Positions 9,370-18,445 of a DNA stretch of 64,000 nucleotides are shown piece after piece. The stretch is from Waddliaceae bacterium (GTDB lineage: Bacteria > Chlamydiota > Chlamydiia > Chlamydiales > SLFE01), in NCBI GenBank assembly GCA_963783885.1, contig CAWAPJ010000008.1:64001-128000 (forward strand). The letters run 5' to 3'. A model generated the notes under the pieces. That model had not been told where the DNA came from, did no database searches, and was given only the letters and a program-made list of their open reading frames with translations. Numbering within the stretch: position 1 is the stretch's first letter; each line of letters starts with the position of its first letter. The translations under genes were made by a program, and so were the position numbers.

Positions 9370-10855
9370 TGAAGCCGATATCTGCTTGATTCTGGAAGGA
9401 ACTTACCCTTATGTCTCAGGAGGAGTGGCAAGATGGGCGCATGACCTTGTGACAACCCATAAAGAGCGGTCTTTCACATTAGTTTGCATTTTGCCCCCTG
9501 ATGAAAAAAACCCAGAGCAAAAGTATGAACTTCCGAACAATATTGTCGGAGTTAAAAACCTTTGGCTTCAGGAACTTCCCGAGGGAAGCTTGTTGCTCAA
9601 GCAGAAAAAGGATCTGTTTCAAAACCTCGAAATGGCCATTCTTAATTTGCAGCACGACAAAAACGCCCTTCAGTGGCTTCAAAAAGGCTTAGAAGCCATC
9701 AAAGCAGCACGAGTACCCCTTGGGAGCCGGATATTGCTCAACTCTCCGGAAGCCTGGCAGATGCTTTTAAGAATGTATAATGAAACGATGTGGGAGAGCA
9801 GTTTTTTAAATTTCTACTGGAGCTGGCGCTGTCTGCTTTCGGCATTTTATTCCATTTTACTTCCCGAACTTCCGAGGGCCAAAATGTACCACTCTCTTTG
9901 CACCGGATATGCCGGGGTGCTTCTTGCCAGAGCCCATCTGGAAACCGAAAAGCCCTGCCTCTTGACCGAGCATGGAATTTACACCAATGAGAGGAGGATA
10001 GAAGTGACGGCATCCGATTGGCTTAGCGACCAGCGGACAATGGATTTGTCTGTGGAACAGATTTTTAATATTCGGGACCTTAAGGATTTTTGGATTGATA
10101 CTTTTTCCGGTTTTTCCAGGGCCTGCTACTCCTCTTGCGAAAAAATCGTCACACTTTTCGAAGGGAATAAGGAATTTCAAGTTCTTGACGGCGCTGACCC
10201 CGATAAGATTCTGATCATACCCAACGGAATTGATTTCGAACACTTTTCAAGTTTGCCAAGAGATGATTCCCATCCTCCAACCATCGCCCTTATCGGCAGA
10301 ATCGTGCCGATAAAAGATATTAAAAGCTTTATTTATGCCGTTAAAATCCTCAAAGAGAGAATCCCTAACATAAGAGCGTGGGCTCTCGGAAACGTCGATG
10401 AGGATCCTGAATATTTTGAAGAGTGCCTGGCCCTTGTCAATCGCAACAATTTGACTGAGACGATCTCATTTACCGGAAAGGTAAATGTCGAAGACTACCT
10501 GCCCCATATCGATCTTCTTGTCTTAACCAGCATCAGCGAAGGACAGCCCCTCTCGATTTTGGAGGGAGGGGCGGCCGGTATCCCATGCGTGACGACCGAT
10601 GTCGGCTCATGCAGCGAAATTATCTATGGAAGAAGCGATGAAGATCCCGATTTGGGAATAGGGGGAGCTTCATGCCCACTGTCTAATCCTGAGTCTGTTT
10701 CCGATGAGTGTTATCATCTTTTAACCGATCGGAAGCTTTATAATAAATGCAGCGCGGCCATTCGAAAAAGGGTTGAAACTTATTACAATCAAAAGGATCA
10801 GACAATAGCTTATCGAAAACTTTATGGAGAATTGATTTCAAGTAAGGAAAAATAA
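9362..10855 (+). CDS. pelF: GT4 glycosyltransferase PelF
   Basis: DICLILEGTYPYVSGGV, HSLCTGYAG, LTEHGIYTNER, GRIVPIKDIK, TSISEGQPL. Confidence 0.93.
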   Translation: MDDEADICLILEGTYPYVSGGVARWAHDLVTTHKERSFTLVCILPPDEKNPEQKYELPNNIVGVKNLWLQELPEGSLLLKQKKDLFQNLEMAILNLQHDKNALQWLQKGLEAIKAARVPLGSRILLNSPEAWQMLLRMYNETMWESSFLNFYWSWRCLLSAFYSILLPELPRAKMYHSLCTGYAGVLLARAHLETEKPCLLTEHGIYTNERRIEVTASDWLSDQRTMDLSVEQIFNIRDLKDFWIDTFSGFSRACYSSCEKIVTLFEGNKEFQVLDGADPDKILIIPNGIDFEHFSSLPRDDSHPPTIALIGRIVPIKDIKSFIYAVKILKERIPNIRAWALGNVDEDPEYFEECLALVNRNNLTETISFTGKVNVEDYLPHIDLLVLTSISEGQPLSILEGGAAGIPCVTTDVGSCSEIIYGRSDEDPDLGIGGASCPLSNPESVSDECYHLLTDRKLYNKCSAAIRKRVETYYNQKDQTIAYRKLYGELISSKEK

Positions 10856-12237
10856 TGGCGGGAATTGGATTTGTATTAAGAAAATTGACTAAAAGGGGAG
10901 ACCTCTCAGGGGCGATTGAAGCTTATTTTCACGCGATCTTTGCCTCGACGGGCCCCTGGATTTTGACTATACTGACTGTCTGGGCTTTCTTTTTTGTTGG
11001 AGATTATTGGCGGCTCTCCGAATATGTCGAAGAATTTAGGATCATCATTCTCTATAACTTTTCATTTTCCCTTGTATTCACCGCTCCGCTGACGATGATT
11101 GCGACAAGATATCTCGCCGACTGTTTTTTCCGGATGGATGTGTCCAAAGTCTCGGGACTTCTGCTCGGCACCTTGTCTGTTCAGCTGACCGCCTCTTTCC
11201 CGGTCGCCGCCTATTTTTACTTTGGCGTGGTTTCCATGAGCCATGCGATGGCTTTTTTATCCGTCATCAATTTTTTGCTCATTTCAGGCATATGGCTCAC
11301 GATGGTTTTTATCTCTTCGCTGAAATATTATTCTGCGATCACTTTTTCTTTCTTGACCGGTATGGCCCTTGCCATCTTTTTAGCCTATGTACTTTCCGGA
11401 ATTGTCGGCCCTGAGGGTATGATTCTCGGTTTTGATATCGGGATAGCTTTTATCTTAAGCTCCTTCATATCGGTTATCCTGGCCGAATATCCCCACAATG
11501 TGGAAAACCCCTTTCTTTTCCTCAAATACGGAAAAAAATATTGGCAGGTGGCCTTATCGGGAACCTGTTACAATTTAGGTATCTGGGTCGATAAATGGAT
11601 TATGTGGTTCTCTCCGGAAAGGCGGCAGCTTCCAAACGGCATGATTGTCTATCCCGAATATGATGTGGCCATGTTCGTCGCTTATCTCACGATCATTCCG
11701 GCAATGGCCCTATTTTTGATACAGCAGGAAACCTCGTTTTTTGAAAGGTATGTCGCTTTTTATCGCGGCATACTCGGGCATGACTCTTTTCGAAAAATTC
11801 AGAAAAACCACAGAAGCATGGTGGACAACATCATGGAAAATGGGAGAAACATCATTCTCCTTCAATCAATCATTTGCGTTGCCTGCCTCTTTCTAGCACC
11901 GTCTATTATGGGACTTTTGTATATGAATCTCGTTCAGATTTCTGTCTTTCGCTTCGGCGTATTGGGCGCGTCCTTTCAAATCATCAGTCTTTTTCTCATG
12001 ATCCTCCTCTCATATTTCGATGATCGTAAGGATGTTGTGATTATAGCTTTGGTCTTTGTTACAAGCAACGCGCTCTTTACATGGATAGGGATGCATCTGG
12101 GCTTCGCTTTTTACGGATATGGCTATTTTCTTTCGACAATTGTGACTTTTATCGTTTCTGCCGTATTAGCCGAAAGATATATCAGTCAATTAGTCTACCA
12201 TACATTTGTGACGCGAAACCTTGCTGAAATTGGATAA
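10855..12237 (+). CDS. pelG: Pel transporter PelG
   Basis: MAGIGFVLRKL start, GPW, WVDKWIMW, YDVAMF, LSYFD, YGYGY; many TM helices. Confidence 0.93.
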   Translation: MAGIGFVLRKLTKRGDLSGAIEAYFHAIFASTGPWILTILTVWAFFFVGDYWRLSEYVEEFRIIILYNFSFSLVFTAPLTMIATRYLADCFFRMDVSKVSGLLLGTLSVQLTASFPVAAYFYFGVVSMSHAMAFLSVINFLLISGIWLTMVFISSLKYYSAITFSFLTGMALAIFLAYVLSGIVGPEGMILGFDIGIAFILSSFISVILAEYPHNVENPFLFLKYGKKYWQVALSGTCYNLGIWVDKWIMWFSPERRQLPNGMIVYPEYDVAMFVAYLTIIPAMALFLIQQETSFFERYVAFYRGILGHDSFRKIQKNHRSMVDNIMENGRNIILLQSIICVACLFLAPSIMGLLYMNLVQISVFRFGVLGASFQIISLFLMILLSYFDDRKDVVIIALVFVTSNALFTWIGMHLGFAFYGYGYFLSTIVTFIVSAVLAERYISQLVYHTFVTRNLAEIG

Positions 12238-12260
12238 ATTAAGTTAACATAATGCCAAAG

Positions 12261-12418
12261 CTCGGCTTTGTACAATTTTTGAACGAAGATGCTAAGGGAG
12301 AGGTAAAATCCAGCGTAATGAATTTCGAGGGATGGGTATTTTTACCCTTCCCGAGAAATTCATCTAGCTGGATAAAGCCTCTCTTAGCAGATGAGTTCAA
12401 AAATTGTACAAAGTCGAG
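12261..12418 (+). mobile_element. 158-nt rod-hairpin MITE with 5-bp target duplication CAAAG
   Basis: 24-nt terminal arms ctcggctttgtacaatttttgaac / gttcaaaaattgtacaaagtcgag; pairing continues to a gggta-tttt-taccc apex; caaag at 12256-12260 and 12419-12423. Confidence 0.85.
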
Positions 12419-12433
12419 CAAAGGAGCCCCGAG

Positions 12434-14485
12434 ATGGAAGTTGAAACAAAATCAAAAGAAGAGAGTCCCATGAAGGAAGATTGGCAGCCGGAAAAACTTG
12501 ATGATACCACAAAAGAAGTTCTCAGAAAAATTGCCGGGACAATACGTCAATTCGCCATGGACGCGACCCAAAAGGCCGATTCGGGACATCCCGGACTTCC
12601 TATGGGGTGCGCGGAAATTGGAGCCTATTTATGGGGCCTCGGCTTGCGCTATAATCCTAAAAATCCCGACTGGGTCAATCGCGACCGCTTTTTTCTTTCC
12701 GCGGGGCATGGATGCCTGCTTCCCTATACCTGTCTGCACCTCAGCGGATACGACCTTTCTCTAGAAGAGATTAAACGTTTTCGCCAACTCCATTCCAAAA
12801 CTCCCGGCCATCCGGAAAAATTGGACACTCCGGGAATCGAAACAACGACAGGACCTCTCGGACAGGGTCTGGGCAACGCCGCAGGAGCCGCCCTCGGAAT
12901 GAAGCTTCTTTCCGAGAAATTCAACACCGAAAAGCATCAGATCATCGACAACAAAGTAATCACGCTCGCCGGCGACGGCTGCATTATGGAGGGCGTCACA
13001 TCGGAAGCCTCATCTCTGAGCGGCCACTTAAATTTGGACAACCTCATTGTCATCTATGATTCCAACAAAGTCTCTCTCGACGGCCCTCTTGACCAATCGT
13101 GTTCCGAGGACACCGGCGCCAGATACCGGGCTTATGGCTGGGACGTAATCGAGATCGACGGCCATAATTTCGACGAGATCCACAGCGCTTTGAGCCGCGT
13201 GCGCCACCATCAGACCAAGCCGACGCTGATTATTGCCCACACAATTATCGGCAAAGGGGCCCCGACCAAGGCCGGCACTCACAAGGCTCATGGGTCTCCT
13301 CTTGGCGAGGACGAAGTGCGCGCTGCCAAACAGGCTCTCGGTCTTTCGGAAGAAGAATTCTTTGTTCCAAGAGCCGTGACCAATTATTTCGAGGGCAAGC
13401 AGCAAGAATGTGCAAAGTATGAATCTGATTGGAACGATTTGTTTGGAAATTGGGCAAGCGAGAATCCCGAGAAGGCCAAAGACTACGAGACTATGCTGCA
13501 GAAGACCCTTCCACCTAATCTTGAAGAACAGCTCGATAAGCTTGAAATCAAAGCACCTAATGCGGGAAGAAGCGCTTCGCAGGATGTGATCAACATGCTG
13601 AGTCAAGAACTTCCCTTTCTGTACGGCGGATCTGCGGATCTATCGGGTTCGGACAAAACAATGATGAAAGAATTCCCTGTGGTTTCACCGGGAATTTTTA
13701 CCGGCCGTAATATCAAGTTTGGAGTGAGAGAATTCGGAATGGCGACCATGGCTATCGGCATGTATGAAACACAGCTCATCATCCCTTTTATTGGAACCTT
13801 CCTGACCTTTACCGATTATATGCGAAACGCTATCCGGCTTTCGGCCCTCCAAAAAACGCGGATCATTTATCAGATGACTCACGACTCCATTTTTTTGGGG
13901 GAAGACGGGCCGACTCACCAACCGGTCGAACATTACGCGACATTAAGGGCTATACCCAACTTGCATTTTATCCGTCCTGCCGGCAACCACGAGGTCAAAA
14001 TGGCCTGGATTGCCGCTCTCCGTTATCAGGGACCGACAGTCATTGCGCTGAGCCGGCAAAAAATTCCGGATATGCCGGAAACCGTCGTCCCTTTTGCGGA
14101 AGGTTTGGGAAAAGGTGCCTATATCGTGAAAAAAGAGAACGGCTCCAAACCGGCTTATACATTGATCGCCACAGGATCAGAACTTTCTCTTGCCCTTGAT
14201 GTTGCCAAAGAGCTCGAAAAAAGAGGGCACGCAACCCGCGTCGTTTCCATGCCTTGCTGGGAGCTTTTTGAATCTCAACATCAGAGTTACAAAGACAGCA
14301 TTTTCGGAGGCGATATCGGAAAGCGAGTTGCGATCGAAGCCGGGGTCGATCAGGGCTGGCACAAGTATATCGGAAGAGACGGCATTGCCGTCTGCATGGA
14401 ATCATTTGGAACTTCGGCACCACTTAGGGATGTTCAGGAAGAGTTCGGCTACACAGTCGACGCCGTTCTCGAGCGTATCCTGTAA
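12434..14485 (+). CDS. tkt: Transketolase
   Basis: SGHPGLPMG, NRDRFFLSAGH, TTGPLGQG, GDGCIMEG, GEDGPTHQP; AGGAG ribosome-binding site before ATG 12434. Confidence 0.97.
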   Translation: MEVETKSKEESPMKEDWQPEKLDDTTKEVLRKIAGTIRQFAMDATQKADSGHPGLPMGCAEIGAYLWGLGLRYNPKNPDWVNRDRFFLSAGHGCLLPYTCLHLSGYDLSLEEIKRFRQLHSKTPGHPEKLDTPGIETTTGPLGQGLGNAAGAALGMKLLSEKFNTEKHQIIDNKVITLAGDGCIMEGVTSEASSLSGHLNLDNLIVIYDSNKVSLDGPLDQSCSEDTGARYRAYGWDVIEIDGHNFDEIHSALSRVRHHQTKPTLIIAHTIIGKGAPTKAGTHKAHGSPLGEDEVRAAKQALGLSEEEFFVPRAVTNYFEGKQQECAKYESDWNDLFGNWASENPEKAKDYETMLQKTLPPNLEEQLDKLEIKAPNAGRSASQDVINMLSQELPFLYGGSADLSGSDKTMMKEFPVVSPGIFTGRNIKFGVREFGMATMAIGMYETQLIIPFIGTFLTFTDYMRNAIRLSALQKTRIIYQMTHDSIFLGEDGPTHQPVEHYATLRAIPNLHFIRPAGNHEVKMAWIAALRYQGPTVIALSRQKIPDMPETVVPFAEGLGKGAYIVKKENGSKPAYTLIATGSELSLALDVAKELEKRGHATRVVSMPCWELFESQHQSYKDSIFGGDIGKRVAIEAGVDQGWHKYIGRDGIAVCMESFGTSAPLRDVQEEFGYTVDAVLERIL

Positions 14486-15469
14486 ATGAGAACTTCACCT
14501 TTTCTAGACGCTCTGCTTTGCAGGAACCTGGGTAGGCCGCCTGTGTGGATTATGCGCCAGGCAGGCCGTTATATGCCCGAGTACCGTGCACTCCGGGAAA
14601 AATATTCCTTCAAAGAGATGATACGGACTCCAGAAATCGCCTCTAAAGTCACATTGATGCCAATCGAACAATTTGGAATGGACGCCGCCATCATTTTTTC
14701 CGACATCCTGACCATTCCCGAAGCGCTCGGATGCTCCTTTGATTTTCACGAAGGCATCGGCCCGGTTTTTGAAAAGCCACTGACCTCGCCTGATGTCCGC
14801 AATTTATCTGTTATTAATTCCCTCGATTATGTCGGCGAAGCCATTCGTATGGTCAAACCTCTTCTTGATGTTCCTTTGCTCGGTTTTTGCGGCGCTCCTT
14901 TTACAGTTGCCAGCTATATGACAGGGGGAATCAAACAGGCAAAAAAGTGGCTTTTTCAAAATCCCGAGACCTTCCACAAACTCCTCGACGTGATCACTGC
15001 TGCATCGATTGATTATCTCAAAATGCAAATTCACGCCGGAATTGACGCTTTTCAAATTTTTGAATCCTGGTCCGGATCGCTTGGCTACCCCCAGCTTCAG
15101 GAATTTTCCTTTCCCTATATGAAAAGGATTATCGACGCCTCCAGCGTTCCTGTGATTCTTTTTGGAAAGGGGACAGCGGGCTACGTTAGAGACCTTGCCG
15201 CCCTTTCACCTCAAGCACTCAGCCTCGATTGGAATTGCGATCTTTCCGCTGTTAGAGGGCAGATTCCCGAAGGCATTGCCCTGCAGGGAAACCTGGATCC
15301 CCACGTTCTTTATGGATCTGCCGAGACCATAAGAAAAGAGTGCCGGCAGCTTCTTGATAAAATGCGCCATGACAAAGGTTTTATCTTCAACCTTGGCCAT
15401 GGCATTCTTCCCGATATACCTCCCGACGCCGTCAAAGTGTTAGTGGACACCGTCAGAAGTGCCGGATGA
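14486..15469 (+). CDS. hemE: Uroporphyrinogen decarboxylase
   Basis: PVWIMRQAGRYMPEY, DAAIIFSDIL, GFCGAPFT, QGNLDP, FNLGHGI. Confidence 0.96.
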   Translation: MRTSPFLDALLCRNLGRPPVWIMRQAGRYMPEYRALREKYSFKEMIRTPEIASKVTLMPIEQFGMDAAIIFSDILTIPEALGCSFDFHEGIGPVFEKPLTSPDVRNLSVINSLDYVGEAIRMVKPLLDVPLLGFCGAPFTVASYMTGGIKQAKKWLFQNPETFHKLLDVITAASIDYLKMQIHAGIDAFQIFESWSGSLGYPQLQEFSFPYMKRIIDASSVPVILFGKGTAGYVRDLAALSPQALSLDWNCDLSAVRGQIPEGIALQGNLDPHVLYGSAETIRKECRQLLDKMRHDKGFIFNLGHGILPDIPPDAVKVLVDTVRSAG

Positions 15470-15607
15470 CCAAAAATATTATTGCTGTGCGCAAGCGTCA
15501 GGAATCTCATCAGGATCAGCTTCTCGGAGCTGTCCATCTGGAGTCATCATCATAACAGTAACTCTTGTGTTTAAGGTAAATTTATATGAATGTATTCCAA
15601 TATTATC

Positions 15608-15712
15608 TTAACACCCGCTCGCTAAAGCTCGCTCAAGACTCAAAGGCACAGAGAAATTTGTAAAAACTCTGTGCCTTCGTGTCTTGAGCGAGCTTTAGCG
15701 AGCGGGTGTTAA
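15608..15712. repeat. 105-nt near-perfect palindromic element bounded by TTAA
   Basis: ttaacacccgctcgctaaagctcgctcaagac (32 nt) is perfectly complementary to gtcttgagcgagctttagcgagcgggtgttaa; inner aaggcacagag/ctctgtgcctt stem; AT-rich flanks. Confidence 0.85.
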
Positions 15713-15788
15713 TAATAAAAAAATTACTGAATATCTCATACCTTAATGAATATATAAGACTTAAATATTTTAGAAAAACTTGATGCAG

Positions 15789-16307
15789 CTAAAATCTCAA
15801 CAAGCTCTTGAAGTATTTAAAGATTGAGATAAAAAGAGTGGCTAAAGTTCTCAAAAATCCTGAAATTCTTCCCATGAATCCTTTACTGTCATCAGGTATC
15901 TTCAGGGGCTGATCGGTAGAGTCCGCAATTGCTTCCGGAAGTTTGGAGGACACTTCATCGGAATAAGAATTTCTGTCCTCCTTTTTCTCTCGAGCCGCGA
16001 GAATATTCTGAATGAGGTAATCTTCGGCAGGAGGCAGTTCGTAATATGCAGTGGCATCGCCTTCCACATTATAGGCATTAATGTCGACTTCAAAAAAGAC
16101 TCTATTTGTTTTGAGTTCTTCATCAGTCAAATCATTCAATTTTATGTGAAATTCCTTTCCTGAAATCTGATTATGATGCCTCGTGATTGCAAGAATACCC
16201 GAGGACAGTTTGTGTGGTCCGTCGCTAAAGGGAATATCGGCAAATTTTGTCATCCATAAATTTTTTTTGAGTTCATCCGTTTGTATTATCAGCATGTAAA
16301 ACTCCAA
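15789..16307 (-). CDS. Hypothetical protein with C-terminal amphipathic/hydrophobic helix
   Basis: 172-aa ORF downstream of ndh; no recognisable family. Confidence 0.55.
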   Translation of the reverse strand: MEFYMLIIQTDELKKNLWMTKFADIPFSDGPHKLSSGILAITRHHNQISGKEFHIKLNDLTDEELKTNRVFFEVDINAYNVEGDATAYYELPPAEDYLIQNILAAREKKEDRNSYSDEVSSKLPEAIADSTDQPLKIPDDSKGFMGRISGFLRTLATLFISIFKYFKSLLRF

Positions 16308-16323
16308 ATTTCAATCAACAGCA

Positions 16324-17595
16324 TCAGCTGAATTTGGTATTTTTAGGATGGGCTACCGGTTTGAGAATGAGCCTGGATCCCCGTTTTTCCGTGATGTACC
16401 AAAACATCCATTCCACCATGACAACTAGACGATTGCGAAAACCGATTAAAAACGCGATATGGACAAAGCACCAAATCAGCCAGGCATAAAAACCTGTTAC
16501 TTTCTTTTTCCCGATGACTCCGACGGCATGGGCTTTTCCAATTGTCGCCAAGGTTCCTTTATCTTTGTATTTAAATGGAGGCCGCTTGTCAGGACTGATG
16601 TTTTTCGCTATGATAGTGCCAACATATTTACCTTGCTGGATGGCTAAGGGAGCTAAACCGGCATGAAGATCTCCTTGAGCATCTTTTAGATGAGCGGCAT
16701 CTCCAATGACAAAGATTTCCGGATGATCGGGAAGCGACAGGTCGGGTTTGACGATAACCCGATTTTGAGGGTCCAAGGGTGCCCCTAAAGAAGCTACGAG
16801 TTCCGAAACCCGGTTTCCTGCGGCCCATACGATGTTTGTGGAATTGATTTTTTTATTTTCGAGATGAACTCCTTCTTCATCGATATTGGTCACAGGATGA
16901 TTTGTCATCACGGTAACGCCGAGTTTTTTCAGGTCCTGCTCGGCATGGCGCGAAAGGGATTCCGGATATGAAGGGAGTATGCGATCGCCGGCTTCAATCA
17001 GGTAAACTTTGGCCCAGGAAGGGTCGATATGCCGGAAGTTTTTGAGCATTGTCTTGTGGGCCATCTCCCCGATAGTGCCGGCAAGCTCGACTCCTGTCGG
17101 ACCGCCTCCGACGATGACAAAGGTCAAAAGCTGCTCGGCTTTTGCTCGGCTGTCAACAGACTCTGCCTGTTCGAAAGCATAAAGGATATGGCTCCGAATA
17201 TTGATGGCGTCCTCAAGGGTCTTGAGTCCCGGAGCGAACCTTTCCCATTCCGGGTGGCCGAAATAGGTATGGCTCGAGCCTATGGCAACGATTAAATAAT
17301 CATATTCAAGGCGCCTTCCCGATTCGAATAAAACAGCTTTTTCTTTCGGAAGTATTTGAGTGGCCTCGTCCATGATCACTGTCGTATTTTTTTGATGTTT
17401 CAGAATTTCACGAATGGGAAAGGCAATGTCTCTTGGAGCCAGAGTCGAGCTTGCCACCTGGTAGAGAAACGGTTGGAAAAGGTGGTGGTTTGTTTTGTCG
17501 GCAAGAGTGATTTTAACGGGAGCGTTTTTTAGGGAACGGGCCAGCCGAAGCCCTCCAAATCCTCCCCCTAAAATTAACACCCTTGGAAGCCCCAT
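16324..17595 (-). CDS. ndh: Type II NADH dehydrogenase (FAD-dependent); start codon uncertain
   Basis: ILGGGFGG, HHLFQPFLYQVA, VGGGPTGVELAG, WAAG, IGD motifs. Confidence 0.92.
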   Translation of the reverse strand: MGLPRVLILGGGFGGLRLARSLKNAPVKITLADKTNHHLFQPFLYQVASSTLAPRDIAFPIREILKHQKNTTVIMDEATQILPKEKAVLFESGRRLEYDYLIVAIGSSHTYFGHPEWERFAPGLKTLEDAINIRSHILYAFEQAESVDSRAKAEQLLTFVIVGGGPTGVELAGTIGEMAHKTMLKNFRHIDPSWAKVYLIEAGDRILPSYPESLSRHAEQDLKKLGVTVMTNHPVTNIDEEGVHLENKKINSTNIVWAAGNRVSELVASLGAPLDPQNRVIVKPDLSLPDHPEIFVIGDAAHLKDAQGDLHAGLAPLAIQQGKYVGTIIAKNISPDKRPPFKYKDKGTLATIGKAHAVGVIGKKKVTGFYAWLIWCFVHIAFLIGFRNRLVVMVEWMFWYITEKRGSRLILKPVAHPKNTKFS

Positions 17596-17658
17596 AGTAC
17601 GACCATCCATAACAAATAGTTGATTAAAACCCAAGGCCCTTGAGATACTGCGTAAGAT

Positions 17659-18444
17659 ATGACACAGCAGATCATCGCTTTCTTAAAGGAATTAAGAGAA
17701 ACCATTATTGGCGCTTTTGAAGACTTTGAAACGTCTTATGTGTTTGAGCGCAGGCCCTGGACTTATCAAAAAGGCTTTGGAGGGGGAGAGATCGGCCTTA
17801 TCCGCGGCGATGTTTTCGAAAAGGCTGCCGTCAACTTTTCCGAGGTGAAAGGGGAGACGTTTCCCGGTTCCGATGCCAAAGGGCCGTTTTATGCGACAGG
17901 CGTGAGTCTGATCACCCATATGAAAAACCCCCACGCCCCTACGGTCCATTTCAACATACGCTACATTGAAACTCCCGGAAAAACCTGGTTTGGCGGCGGT
18001 TATGACCTCACCCCGATGGGGTTTCCCTACAGCGAAGATACGGAGCATTTTCATGGTGTTGCGAAAAGAGCGCTGGATCCTTTCGGTCCAAAACTCTATG
18101 AGGAGTTTTCTAAGAATGCAAAAGAGTATTTTTTTATACGTCATCGAAATAAAGAAAGGGGGGTCGGGGGCATTTTCTTCGATCACTACAACACAGGGAC
18201 ATTCAAGGAAGACTTTGCGATGTGGAAAAATGTCGGGACGACTTTTTTAGACGCGATCATTCCCATTTATCATAGGAGAATTGAGGCCTTGTATACGGAG
18301 GCGGATCGGAAGAAACAATGCGAGATGAGAGGCCACTATGCCGAGTTCAACCTCCACTATGACAGGGGAACGAAATTCGGCTTCCTCTCGGGAGGGAACC
18401 CCGAGGCGATTCTCTGTTCGATGCCTCCTTTAGCAAGCTGGTAG
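17659..18444 (+). CDS. hemF: Oxygen-dependent coproporphyrinogen III oxidase
   Basis: FEKAAVNFS, HMKNPHAPTVHFNIRY, WFGGGYDLTP, ERGVGGIFFD, EFNLHYDRGTKFG. Confidence 0.95.
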   Translation: MTQQIIAFLKELRETIIGAFEDFETSYVFERRPWTYQKGFGGGEIGLIRGDVFEKAAVNFSEVKGETFPGSDAKGPFYATGVSLITHMKNPHAPTVHFNIRYIETPGKTWFGGGYDLTPMGFPYSEDTEHFHGVAKRALDPFGPKLYEEFSKNAKEYFFIRHRNKERGVGGIFFDHYNTGTFKEDFAMWKNVGTTFLDAIIPIYHRRIEALYTEADRKKQCEMRGHYAEFNLHYDRGTKFGFLSGGNPEAILCSMPPLASW

Positions 18445-18445
18445 C

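Noticed and set aside
12239..12473. ORFs on both strands across the 158-nt hairpin (12252-12473 +, 12239-12421 -) and the extended tkt start at 12404
   Set aside because: They mirror each other because the DNA is palindromic; the ribosome-binding site supports tkt starting at 12434
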